DNA of 64,000 bases from Myxococcota bacterium. Lineage in GTDB: Bacteria > Myxococcota_A > Polyangia > Nannocystales > Nannocystaceae. Within the stretch, counting starts at the first letter, position 1. The number at the start of each line of letters is the position of its first letter. The DNA lies in assembly GCA_039028615.1 (NCBI GenBank), contig JBCCHT010000003.1:160001-224000 (forward strand), given 5' to 3'. The notes below the pieces were generated by a model. It was not told the origin of the DNA and did not search any database. It saw only the letters and a list, made by a program, of their open reading frames with translations. Both the position numbers and the translations under genes were made by a program. This document shows, one piece after another, positions 9,020 through 18,355 of the stretch.

Positions 9020-10171
9020 ATGTTGCATGGCCTACTCGCCCTCGTCGTCGCCTGGAACCCGGAACTGACCACACGAGATGTGCTGCCGTCCTTCGGCGGC
9101 CAGCAGGTGGAGACCTGTGGTTTCCCCAGCGTGGTGGCGGTGGCCGACGACGTCGATGCGTACTGTAGCGGCACCCTGGTGGCGCCCGATGTGGTGCTCT
9201 TCGCCGGGCACTGCATCCTGGAGCTCGGGGACATCCCGCCCACGCGCATGCTCTTCGGTGAGAGCGTGACCGCCCCGGCTCGGTCGATCCCGGTGACCGA
9301 TTGCGCCTACCACCCCGAGTTCACCACGCCGAACCAGCAACCGAACCACGACGTGGCGTACTGCCTGCTGGCCGAGGCGGTGGAGGACGTGCCCATCATT
9401 CCCATCGCGGCCGGCTGTGAGCTCGAGGGGCTGGTCGAAGGCATCGAGGGCACCGCGGTGGGCTTCGGCGCCGACAGCATCGAGGGCTCGGGTTTCGGGC
9501 TCAAGCGTCAGGTGAGCTTCGAGATCTCCGAGGTCGACACCGCGGACGGGGGGCTGTGGGGCATGGGGGCGGACCAAGACACGCAGGGGATCTGCGGAGG
9601 CGACTCGGGGGGACCGCTGTTCGCCCGTCTCGCCGATGGTCAGCTGCGTCTGGTCGGAGTGGCTTCGCTGGGCAGCTGTGGAGATGCGCCCGCCGGCCTC
9701 AACGATTCGGGCTACGCCATGGTGGCGCCGGACATCGAGTGGCTCGAGAGCGCGTCGGGACGCGACCTGACCCCGTGCTTCGACGGCGACGCGTGGGCGC
9801 CGACGGAGGCCTGTACGGGCTTTGCCCTCGATCCCGAGATCGCGGCTGGGACCTGGGAGCGGGGCTGCATCGGTGGCGGGCAGCAGGTCGACGTGCAGAC
9901 CTGCGCCGAAGCGGGGGCCGATGAGAGCGGCGGGCCGGGCGAGTCGTCGGGAGGCGACGATGCGTCGGCGTCGACCTCGGGCGGCGACGTCGGGGAGCAG
10001 AGCAGCACGGGCGACGGCAGCAGCGACGGCACGGGCTCGCCTCAGGCCGAAGGCGGCGTGGGCACCGAGGGCTGCAGCTGTCGTAGCGACACCGAGGCTC
10101 CGTCCGCCTGGTGGATGCTCCTGCTATTGCCCGTCGTCCGACCCCGCCGTCGGATCCGAGTCTTCGTCTAG
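9020..10171 (+). CDS. Trypsin-like (S1) serine protease with MYXO-CTERM sorting signal
   Basis: Triad motifs FAGHC, DVAY, GDSGGP; C-terminal GCSC + hydrophobic stretch + RPRRR. Confidence 0.9.
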   Translation: MLHGLLALVVAWNPELTTRDVLPSFGGQQVETCGFPSVVAVADDVDAYCSGTLVAPDVVLFAGHCILELGDIPPTRMLFGESVTAPARSIPVTDCAYHPEFTTPNQQPNHDVAYCLLAEAVEDVPIIPIAAGCELEGLVEGIEGTAVGFGADSIEGSGFGLKRQVSFEISEVDTADGGLWGMGADQDTQGICGGDSGGPLFARLADGQLRLVGVASLGSCGDAPAGLNDSGYAMVAPDIEWLESASGRDLTPCFDGDAWAPTEACTGFALDPEIAAGTWERGCIGGGQQVDVQTCAEAGADESGGPGESSGGDDASASTSGGDVGEQSSTGDGSSDGTGSPQAEGGVGTEGCSCRSDTEAPSAWWMLLLLPVVRPRRRIRVFV

Positions 10172-13100
10172 GCGGATGCGGTACTTCACGAGCCAGTCTT
10201 CGAGCTGAGCGAGCGTCTCTTTGTCGTCGCGCTCGATGAAGGTTCGCTTCGCCCGGCGAGCGAGCTGCAGCGCTCGCGGACGGTCGTGCCGGGCCCCCGG
10301 CTGCATCAGGACGCGCGCCATGAGCAGCTCGAGCTGAGCCTGGCGATCGGGGTGGCCGTTGGCCTTGCGAAGGATCGCCAGCGCTTGCTCTGCTCGCTCG
10401 AGGGCCGCGTCGAGGTGCCCCTCGTCGGCATCGAGGGTGGCGAGCTCCTGCAGGCTGCTGGCGGTCATGAGGTTGTCGGCGCCCAGGCTCTCCTGCCGGA
10501 TGGCCAGGGCATCCTCGAACAGGGCGCGGGCGGAGCTCAGCCGCTTACGCTCGTACTCGATCTTGCCCAGGTTGTGGATCGGGAACGACAGCGTGGGGTG
10601 CCGGGAGGGCAGGGTGGCTCGACCCACGCGGATCGCCTCGTTGTAGGCCCAAGCTCCCTGCTCGTCGTCGTCCCGCCCGCGATGGGCGGCCCCGAGGTTG
10701 ATCAACACGGGCAGCAACGAAGGATGACTGGCGCCGTGGCGCTCGACGATGCGGTCGTAGGTCGCCTGCAGCAGCTTGGACGCGCGCTCGTGGTGCCCTT
10801 GGCTCACCAGCAGGCCGCCCAGGGTGGAGCTGTTGGTGGTGTCGTCGGGATCGATGGCGACCACCAGCTCGAGGATCTCGATGGCTTCCTGCCGATTGCC
10901 CTGCTTGGAGAGCACGCTGGCCAGGCTCTGTCGCGCGGCCAAGGTCCAGGGGTGTTCGGGGCCGAGGCTCCGCTGACACAACGCCACCGCTTCGCGAGCC
11001 GCGTCGAGGCCCCGGTCGAGCTTCCCCAGGCTGGCCAGCAGCGTCGCCACGTTGGTCAGCGCGCGCGCGACGGAAGGATGCTCGGGCCCGCGAACCCGAC
11101 GGACCCGCTCCAGCTCGCGCTCACTCCACTCCAGCGCGGTCTCGTAGTGCCCCTGCTTTTGCTGCACGGTGATCACCGCCGAGCGATGCGTGCCGATGCG
11201 AGGGTGGTCGGGGCCGAACTTCGTCACCGCCAGCTGCAAGGCCGTGTCCGCGTGCCCCTTGGCTTGTTCGTAGTCGCCGCGAGCGATGGCGATGAGCGCC
11301 TTGGCGCGGTGGTAGCCCGCGGTGTCCTCGAGGGCGGGACCCTCGGTTCGCGTCGCGTGCATGCCCGCGTGGGCCAGCCAATCGGAGGCGATCTCGGGGC
11401 GCTGCAGCAGGTTCGCCTCGACGCTGGCGATCACCATGGCGAGCCCGCGAAGCTCTCGGGTGTCGCCCAGCTCTCCCCAGGAGAAGTAGCCCCGACGGTA
11501 GGCATCGACGCCCGCCTGGTAGTCGCCCTGGCGCACCAAGATCGCACCCTGGGCGGTCTCGAGGCGGGCGATGGACACGGTGTCCCCCAGGGCTTGGGCG
11601 TCCGCGAGCGCGGCATCGATGCGAACGCGGGCGGCGGGGATCTGTCCGGCACGCCACATCATCTCGGCTCGGACCGCCTCCTCTCGCAGCGCGATGGCGC
11701 GTTCTTGCTGAGACCCGGTGGGCGCTCGCCAGGCGGAGAGGAAGGCGTCGTCGGTGCAGGTGTCGACGGCGGGCAGCGAGTACACCGAGGTGTCGGACTC
11801 GATCACCACCTCGAGCTCGGCCTCCGAGAGCACGGAGATGAGCGATTGCAGGGCGGCCCGGCGCTCGGTCAAGCAGCTGGTGGCGGCGGCACCCCGCTTG
11901 GCGTCGAGCTGGTGGTCGACCCGCTGTGCTTCGCAGGTCGACAGCCGCGTGTCCTTCCACTCCTGCACGTAGTCGTCGATGCCATCGCGGACCCGGTTCC
12001 AGCTCTCGCTGGCAAAGGGCATGTCGTGGGACAGCAGCGCCTGCTCCACCCGTTGGCGGGCGTCGTCGTCCCAGTCGGCATCGATCGCGGCGCTCTGGGT
12101 GGCGCACTCGAGGCGGGCGCGGTTGAGCGTCCAGGCTCGCGCGCCCCACAGCCCGGCCGCGAGCGCGACGGCCCCGCCCGCCAGCAGCCACCGTCGGCGT
12201 CGCCGCGATGGATCGGCCTGCAGCGCGTCGAGCAGCGCGAGCATGGACGCATGCCGCCGCTCGCGTTCGGGTCGGAGCCCGACGAGCAGCACCCGCCTCA
12301 GCCATCCCGGCACCGAGCTGCGACGCGGCGCTTCGCTGATGTCTCCGGCGATGACGTTGAGCACCAGCTCCTCGTACGAAGCACCGATGAAGGGGCGCTT
12401 TTCGTAGAGCGCCTCGTACAGCGCGACACAGAAGCTGAATTGATCGGAGCGAGCGTCGAGCGGGGTGCCTTGCAGCTGCTCGGGGGACATATACGCGGGC
12501 GTCCCCATGATCGCGCCAAGGCGCGTCTGCGTGGTCGCAGTGGGGTCGCCGATGGCCCCGTCGCCGTCCTTGGCGGAGCGCTCGGGCAGCGCCTCGCCGC
12601 CCTCGAGCGGTCGCACCAGGCCGAAGTCCAGCACCCAGACCCGCCCTTCGGCGCCCACCATCACGTTCTCGGGCTTGAAGTCGCGGTGCAGCAGCTGGGC
12701 CTGGTGCGCGGCCCATAGCCCACGGCCCGCCTCGATGAACACCTCGAGGATGCGCTGGGGATCGCGGGGCTCCGCCTTCAGCCAGTCGCGCAGCGTCTGA
12801 CCTTTGATGAACTCCATGGCCACGAAGATTTCGCGCTCGTGCTCGCCCACGTCGTGCACCGCGGCCACGTTCGGGTGGGCGAGCTTGGCCATGGCCTGCG
12901 CTTCGCGGACCAAACGCTGGCGGCCCTCGGTGCCCGCCGGATCGCGATGCGGATGCAAGACCTTCAGTGCGATCTTGCGATCGAGCTGCGGATCGTAGGC
13001 GGAGTACACGACCCCCATCCCGCCCGCGCCCAACGTGCCGAGGATGACGTAGCGCCCGACTCGGTCGCCCTCTTGGCGCGGCATGAAGAAGTCGCGCGAC

Positions 13101-13183
13101 GACGGCTCGGAGTCGGGGCCCGCGATCGTCGCTTGCATCGAAGGCCGCGACGGCTCGGGCGAGTCTGGGTCGGGGGCGGACAA
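10124..13183 (-). CDS. Membrane Ser/Thr protein kinase with C-terminal TPRs
   Basis: GAGGMG, ALK, HRDFKPEN, DFG, GTPAYMSPE; TM segment; HP-type TPR repeats. Confidence 0.93.
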   Translation of the reverse strand: MSAPDPDSPEPSRPSMQATIAGPDSEPSSRDFFMPRQEGDRVGRYVILGTLGAGGMGVVYSAYDPQLDRKIALKVLHPHRDPAGTEGRQRLVREAQAMAKLAHPNVAAVHDVGEHEREIFVAMEFIKGQTLRDWLKAEPRDPQRILEVFIEAGRGLWAAHQAQLLHRDFKPENVMVGAEGRVWVLDFGLVRPLEGGEALPERSAKDGDGAIGDPTATTQTRLGAIMGTPAYMSPEQLQGTPLDARSDQFSFCVALYEALYEKRPFIGASYEELVLNVIAGDISEAPRRSSVPGWLRRVLLVGLRPERERRHASMLALLDALQADPSRRRRRWLLAGGAVALAAGLWGARAWTLNRARLECATQSAAIDADWDDDARQRVEQALLSHDMPFASESWNRVRDGIDDYVQEWKDTRLSTCEAQRVDHQLDAKRGAAATSCLTERRAALQSLISVLSEAELEVVIESDTSVYSLPAVDTCTDDAFLSAWRAPTGSQQERAIALREEAVRAEMMWRAGQIPAARVRIDAALADAQALGDTVSIARLETAQGAILVRQGDYQAGVDAYRRGYFSWGELGDTRELRGLAMVIASVEANLLQRPEIASDWLAHAGMHATRTEGPALEDTAGYHRAKALIAIARGDYEQAKGHADTALQLAVTKFGPDHPRIGTHRSAVITVQQKQGHYETALEWSERELERVRRVRGPEHPSVARALTNVATLLASLGKLDRGLDAAREAVALCQRSLGPEHPWTLAARQSLASVLSKQGNRQEAIEILELVVAIDPDDTTNSSTLGGLLVSQGHHERASKLLQATYDRIVERHGASHPSLLPVLINLGAAHRGRDDDEQGAWAYNEAIRVGRATLPSRHPTLSFPIHNLGKIEYERKRLSSARALFEDALAIRQESLGADNLMTASSLQELATLDADEGHLDAALERAEQALAILRKANGHPDRQAQLELLMARVLMQPGARHDRPRALQLARRAKRTFIERDDKETLAQLEDWLVKYRIRLDEDSDPTAGSDDGQ

Positions 13184-13257
13184 CGGCCCGACCCTAGCAA
13201 GTCGCGGCCGGCGGTGCGCCCGGGGCGCAGACCGCGAAATCAGCCGTTCTTTCCGCC

Positions 13258-13286
13258 TTGACGGTCTCTACGCTATAGCGTATTTG
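13258..13286 (+). promoter_or_regulatory. Sigma70-like promoter with palindromic operator TACGCTATAGCGTA
   Basis: TTGACG (13258-13263), 17-nt spacer, weak -10 TATTTG; perfect 14-bp palindrome at 13269-13282, just upstream of the XRE regulator. Confidence 0.6.
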
Positions 13287-13295
13287 TTTTTCGCC

Positions 13296-13862
13296 ATGAT
13301 TGACGGGGCACCGAATCTCGGCGCGGCGATGCGCCGACGGCGAAAGGCCAAACAGCTCACGCTCGAGGTTCTGGCCGAGTCCAGCGGGGTCAGCGTGACC
13401 ATGCTGTCCGAGGTCGAGCGCGGGGTGAAAAACCCGACCGTGCGGCTGGCCTATCACATCGCCCGTGCCCTGGGCTGCACCCTGACCGACCTGCTCGAGG
13501 ACGAGGAGCGGCCCCCCAACAACCTGGTGCGCGCCAAGGGGCGGCGGTGCCTGCTCGACGAGGAGTCGGGGGTCGAGCGCTTCGGCCTCACCCACGAGCT
13601 GATGCGGCCCGGCGTGGAGCTGGTCTGGTACACGATTCCGTCGGGCTCGAGCGCAGGAGAGATGGTGCCCAACCGGCCCGGGGTCGCCGAGATCCTGACC
13701 GTGCTGCAAGGCACGCTGACGCTGCGATTGGGCGACGAGGTCCACGAGATGGGGCCGCGCGACACCATCGCCTATGGCGCTCAAGTCATGATGGAGTACC
13801 GCAACGAAGGCGACGATCCCTGCGAAATCCTGCTGGTCTGTGATCGCGGAGGTCGCCCATGA
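13296..13862 (+). CDS. XRE-family HTH regulator with cupin domain
   Basis: LTLEVLAESSGVSVTMLSEVERGVKNPT HTH, C-terminal cupin; stop overlaps the next start (ATGA). Confidence 0.9.
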   Translation: MIDGAPNLGAAMRRRRKAKQLTLEVLAESSGVSVTMLSEVERGVKNPTVRLAYHIARALGCTLTDLLEDEERPPNNLVRAKGRRCLLDEESGVERFGLTHELMRPGVELVWYTIPSGSSAGEMVPNRPGVAEILTVLQGTLTLRLGDEVHEMGPRDTIAYGAQVMMEYRNEGDDPCEILLVCDRGGRP

Positions 13863-14800
13863 GCCGTCGCATTCGCGTGGTCGACAGCCACACCGAAGGT
13901 GAGCCGACGCGAGTGGTGATCGAGGGCGCGCCGGACTTGGGTCCGGGCACGGCCCGCGAGCGAGCCGAGCGCTTCCGCCTCGAGCACAATGGCTTTCGGA
14001 CCGGCCTGCTCGGCGAGCCGCGTGGGTTCGACGCGATGGTCGGCGCGCTGTTGCTGCCGCCCAGCTCCGAAGACGCGGTCGCGCAGGTGCTGTTCTTCAA
14101 CAACGTCAGCACGCTGCACATGTGCGTGCACGGCATGCTGGGCGTGGGCCGAACGCTCGCCCACCTGGGCCGCGTGGGCGCCGGGGTGCATCGGGTGGAG
14201 ACCCCGGTGGGCGACGTGTTCGTCACCCTCGACGAGCAGGGGCGGGCCTCGGTGGAGAACGTGCCCAGCCGTCGCGCGACCAAGAACATCGAGCTGCAGA
14301 CCCGCGATCACGGTCGCGTGGTCGGTGACGTGGCCTGGGGCGGCAATTGGTTCTTCTTGGCGCACGAGCACGGCCACGAGGTCAGCTCGGGCAAGATTCC
14401 CGAGCTGACGGCGCTGAGCTGGGACATTCGTCGGACCCTCGAAGCGCAGGGGATCACGGGCGACGATGGCCTCGAGATCGATCACGTCGAGGTCTTCGGT
14501 CCGCCGCAGCGCAGCGATGCCGACAGCAAGAATTTCGTGCTGTGCCCGGGGGGCGAGTACGACCGCTCTCCGTGTGGCACGGGCACGAGCGCCAAGCTGG
14601 CGTGCCTGGCCGCCGACGGCCGCCTGGCGCCGGGTGAGCAGTGGCGCCAGGAGAGCGTGATCGGGAGCGTATTCGAGGGCAGCTATCGTCGGGTCGAGCG
14701 TGGCATCGTGCCCACGATCCGCGGCGGGGTATGGATTACCGCCGAGACCACTCTGATCATCGAAGACGATGATCCCTACGCCGAAGGGATCGTGTTGTGA
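13859..14800 (+). CDS. lhpA: 4-hydroxyproline 2-epimerase (proline racemase family)
   Basis: DSHTEGEPTR, MCVHG and DRSPCGTGTSA two-Cys motifs; operon context. Confidence 0.88.
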   Translation: MSRRIRVVDSHTEGEPTRVVIEGAPDLGPGTARERAERFRLEHNGFRTGLLGEPRGFDAMVGALLLPPSSEDAVAQVLFFNNVSTLHMCVHGMLGVGRTLAHLGRVGAGVHRVETPVGDVFVTLDEQGRASVENVPSRRATKNIELQTRDHGRVVGDVAWGGNWFFLAHEHGHEVSSGKIPELTALSWDIRRTLEAQGITGDDGLEIDHVEVFGPPQRSDADSKNFVLCPGGEYDRSPCGTGTSAKLACLAADGRLAPGEQWRQESVIGSVFEGSYRRVERGIVPTIRGGVWITAETTLIIEDDDPYAEGIVL

Positions 14801-15936
14801 CCTCCAATTACGATGTGGCCGTCGTCGGGGCGGGCATCGTAGGGGCGGCATGTGCCGAGCGTTTGGTCCAACGAGGTCTGTCGGTGGTGATCGTCGATCG
14901 AGCGTCGCCCGCGGGCGGGGCGACGGCGGCGGGCATGGGGCACCTGGTGGTCATGGACGGGAGCGAGGCTCAGCTCGAGCTCACCGCGATGTCCCGGCGG
15001 CTGTGGGCGGAGCGCGTCGGGCAGCTGCCGACCGAGGTCGAGCACGAGCGCTGCGGCACCCTGTGGGTGGCGGCGGACGACGAGGAAATGGCGGAGGCGG
15101 AAGCCAAGCGGCAGGCCTACGAAGACCACGGCGTGCCGGCCGAGATCCTCGATGCGGCCGCGCTCGCGGAGGCGGAGCCCCTGTTGCGCGACGGCCTGGC
15201 CGGGGCGCTGCGGGTGCCGGACGACGCGGTGCTCTATCAGCCCAATGCCACCCGCTGGATGCTGCAAAACGCGGTGGACGGCGGCGCGACCCTGCACACG
15301 CACGCGCCCGTGCGCTGCGTGGGGGACGGCCGTGTGGAGCGAGCGGACGGCTCGACCATCCACGCCGAGCACGTGGTGGTCGCGGCGGGAGCCCATAGCG
15401 CGGCCATGCTCGAGACCCGCGATTTCGACGAGGCGATTCGCCCTCGCAAGGGCCACCTGGCGATCACCGATCGGGCTCCTGGGACCTGCCACCACCAGCT
15501 GGTGGAGCTGGGCTACATCAAGAGCGCCCACGGCAACGACGCCGAGTCGGTCGCGTTCAACCTCCAGCCGCGTCGCACCGGGCAGATCCTGGTGGGCTCG
15601 TCGCGGCAGTACGGGGTCGATCACGATCGGGTGGAGCCCGAGATGATCGGGCGCATGCTGGCCCGCGCGCTCGAGTTCATGCCCGCGCTGGCCGACATCG
15701 CGGTGCTGCGGACCTGGTCCGGATTTCGCCCGGCGACCGACGACGGCATGCCGCTCATCGGAGCGCTGCCCGACGACACGCGCACGCTGCTCGCGGCGGG
15801 ACACGAAGGGCTGGGGATCACGACCTCGCTGGGGACGGCAGCGCTGGTCGAAGCGATGGTGATGGGGGAGGCACCCCCGATGTCGGTGGCGCCCTTTGCC
15901 CCGAGTCGGGTGTTGGAGGGCATGGCCCATGGCTGA
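14797..15936 (+). CDS. lhpB: D-hydroxyproline dehydrogenase, FAD (DAO-family) subunit
   Basis: GAGIVG, GATAAGMGH, ELGY, GHEGLGITTS; coupled to the epimerase. Confidence 0.82.
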   Translation: MTSNYDVAVVGAGIVGAACAERLVQRGLSVVIVDRASPAGGATAAGMGHLVVMDGSEAQLELTAMSRRLWAERVGQLPTEVEHERCGTLWVAADDEEMAEAEAKRQAYEDHGVPAEILDAAALAEAEPLLRDGLAGALRVPDDAVLYQPNATRWMLQNAVDGGATLHTHAPVRCVGDGRVERADGSTIHAEHVVVAAGAHSAAMLETRDFDEAIRPRKGHLAITDRAPGTCHHQLVELGYIKSAHGNDAESVAFNLQPRRTGQILVGSSRQYGVDHDRVEPEMIGRMLARALEFMPALADIAVLRTWSGFRPATDDGMPLIGALPDDTRTLLAAGHEGLGITTSLGTAALVEAMVMGEAPPMSVAPFAPSRVLEGMAHG

Positions 15937-16183
15937 GCGGCTTCGCATTCGCATCGACGGGGTCGAGCACGAGGTCGCGGCGGGCACCAGCGTGGCCGCC
16001 GCGCTGTGGAACGCGGGCGCACGGGGCTTTCGGCGCTCGGTGGGCGGCCAGCTCCGCGCACCCCTGTGCGGCATGGGCACGTGCTTCGAATGTCGCGTGT
16101 CGATCGACGGCCGCGGGGGGCTTCGCAGCTGCCAGACGACCTGCCGTGAAGGCATGGAAGTGAGGACCGCGGATGCGACGTGA
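15929..16183 (+). CDS. 2Fe-2S subunit of D-hydroxyproline dehydrogenase
   Basis: PLCGMGTCFECRVSIDG...SCQ; ATG 15929. Confidence 0.85.
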   Translation: MAERLRIRIDGVEHEVAAGTSVAAALWNAGARGFRRSVGGQLRAPLCGMGTCFECRVSIDGRGGLRSCQTTCREGMEVRTADAT

Positions 16184-17450
16184 AGCAACCGAGGTGCTCG
16201 TGGTGGGCGGAGGCCCGGCCGGCTTAGCCGCGGCAGAGGCAGCGGCGACGGCGGGTCGCCGGGTCTGCATGCTCGACGACAACCCCGCGCTGGGCGGACA
16301 GATCTGGCGTCGAGACACGCGCAACGCCGAGGCCCGCGGCAACCAGCACGTCGATCGCCGACGCGCTGCGCTGCTCGAGGCGGGCGTCGACATTCGCTCG
16401 GGTACGGCGGTCGTCGATGCCCACGGTCCCGATGCGCTGTGGGCCTACGACGGCGACGCGCTGACCCAGTGGCGAGCCGATCGGGTGATCCTGGCCACGG
16501 GAGCCCGAGAGCGCACGCTGCCCTTCCCCGGCTGGACGCGTCCCGGCGTGTTCGGGGCGGGCGGGCTGCAGGCGCTCAGCAAGGCGGGCCTGGAGGTCGA
16601 GGGTAAGCGCGTGGTGGTGGCGGGCACGGGTCCGCTGCTGCTGGCGGTGGCGACGAGCTTGCAGCAGCGGGGCGCGAAGGTGCTCGGGGTGTTCGAGCAG
16701 GCCTCGCACGCACGCTTCGTTCGCTTCGGCCTGGGTCTGTGGGCTCAGCCGGCCAAGCTGCTGCAGGGCATGGCCTTCGGGGCTCGCCTGCCGCTGCGCC
16801 TGGGCTCGTGGATCGCCCGCGCCGAAGGGGATCCCGCGCTGACCCACGTCGTCGTCTGCAATGCCCGAGGCCGCGAGCGAACCCTCGAGTGCGACCTGGT
16901 CGCGTGCGGCTTTGGCCTCGTCCCCGAGACCCGCCTCGCCCGCTTGTTGGGCTGCCGCGTCGAAGACCACGTGGTCGTCGACGAGCTCCAGCGCACGGAC
17001 GCCCCCGGGGTGCTCGCGGCGGGAGAGCCCTGCGGCGTCGGTGGTGAAGACAAGGCGCTATGCGAGGGCCGTATCGCGGGCCTGGTGGCGGCCGATCGCG
17101 CCGACGAGGCTCGCCCCCTGCTGGCGCAGCGCGATCGCTACCGTGCGTTCGCCCGCCGCATGGCCCGGGACTTCGCCCTGCGCGAGCAGCTGCGCGAGCT
17201 CCCCGAGCCCGACACCCTGGTGTGTCGCTGTGAAGATGTCCCGCTCCGTGCTCTCAACGGATTCGACCGAGCCCGCGCCGCGAAGCTCGGGAGCCGTTGC
17301 GGCATGGGGCCCTGCCAAGGCCGCGTGTGTCAGCCGGCCATTCGTTTCTTGCTGGGGCACGGCCACGACCGGCCGCGTCCTCCGCTGGTTCCGCTACCGC
17401 TCGGCGTGATGGCCGAGCTGCAATCCATCAACCAAGGATCTTCGTCATGA
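16173..17450 (+). CDS. FAD/NAD(P)-binding subunit of D-hydroxyproline dehydrogenase
   Basis: GGGPAG, ATGARER, FPGWT, VCRCEDV, RCGMGPCQGRVC. Confidence 0.82.
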   Translation: MRREATEVLVVGGGPAGLAAAEAAATAGRRVCMLDDNPALGGQIWRRDTRNAEARGNQHVDRRRAALLEAGVDIRSGTAVVDAHGPDALWAYDGDALTQWRADRVILATGARERTLPFPGWTRPGVFGAGGLQALSKAGLEVEGKRVVVAGTGPLLLAVATSLQQRGAKVLGVFEQASHARFVRFGLGLWAQPAKLLQGMAFGARLPLRLGSWIARAEGDPALTHVVVCNARGRERTLECDLVACGFGLVPETRLARLLGCRVEDHVVVDELQRTDAPGVLAAGEPCGVGGEDKALCEGRIAGLVAADRADEARPLLAQRDRYRAFARRMARDFALREQLRELPEPDTLVCRCEDVPLRALNGFDRARAAKLGSRCGMGPCQGRVCQPAIRFLLGHGHDRPRPPLVPLPLGVMAELQSINQGSSS

Positions 17451-18355
17451 CCGTCGTCTGGAATGGCATCATGCCCGCGATTACCACCCCCCTTCGCGAG
17501 GACGGAGGAGTCGACCACGACTTCCTCGTCCGTCACGCGCGATGGATGGCCGAGGCCGCCAAGGCCACCGCCATCATTCCCCTGGGGTCACTCGGCGAGG
17601 GGCAAACCCTCGTCTTCGAAGAGAAGCAGGCCATCATCAAGAGCCTGGTCGATGGCCTCGACGGGCTCGCGCCCGTCGTGCCCGGCATCGGCGAGGCGGC
17701 CACCCACCGAGCGGTGGAGCTGGCTCGCTACGCCCAGCAGGTGGGCTGTGGGGGGCTGATGGTGCTGCCGCCCTACGTGCACAACGGGGGCGACCGCGAG
17801 CTGCGGGCGCACTTCGACGCCGTGATCTCGGCCACCGAGCTGCCCTGCATGCTCTACAACAACCCCATCGCCTACGGGGCGGACATGAAGCCCGAGGCCA
17901 TCGCGGCCCTGGCCGAGGCCCACCCCAACCTGCTCGCGGTCAAGGAGTCGAGCGGAGACGTGCGGCGAGTGACCGCGCTCGAGGCCCTGCTCGGCGATCG
18001 CCTCACCCTGTGCGTGGGCCTCGACGACATCGTGGTCGAGGGCGTGCGCGCGGGCGCCACGGGCTGGGTCGCCGGCCTCGTCAACGCGCTGCCCGAGGAG
18101 TCGGCGCGGCTGTTCAACCTCGCCAAGGCCGGCGAGACGAAGGCCTGCGACGAGCTGTACGCCTGGTTCTTGCCGCTTCTGCGCCTGGACGTCGTGCCCG
18201 AGTTCGTGCAGCTCATCAAGCTCGTGCAGCAAGAGGTCGGCATGGGCGACGAGCGCGTTCGCCTGCCTCGCCTCGCCCTGGCCGGGGCCGAGCGCGAGCG
18301 TGCGATGGAGCTCATCCGGGCTTCGCTCGCGCAGCGCAGCGAGGTCGGCAAATGA
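17447..18355 (+). CDS. lhpC: DHDPS-family enzyme, probable 1-pyrroline-4-hydroxy-2-carboxylate deaminase
   Basis: PAITTP, GSLGE, LYNNP, KESSGD; operon context. Confidence 0.82.
   Translation: MTVVWNGIMPAITTPLREDGGVDHDFLVRHARWMAEAAKATAIIPLGSLGEGQTLVFEEKQAIIKSLVDGLDGLAPVVPGIGEAATHRAVELARYAQQVGCGGLMVLPPYVHNGGDRELRAHFDAVISATELPCMLYNNPIAYGADMKPEAIAALAEAHPNLLAVKESSGDVRRVTALEALLGDRLTLCVGLDDIVVEGVRAGATGWVAGLVNALPEESARLFNLAKAGETKACDELYAWFLPLLRLDVVPEFVQLIKLVQQEVGMGDERVRLPRLALAGAERERAMELIRASLAQRSEVGK

Noticed and set aside
14797..17450. Hydrogen cyanide synthase hcnABC or opine oxidase
   Set aside because: Same protein families, but the flanking epimerase, deaminase and KGSA dehydrogenase indicate D-hydroxyproline dehydrogenase
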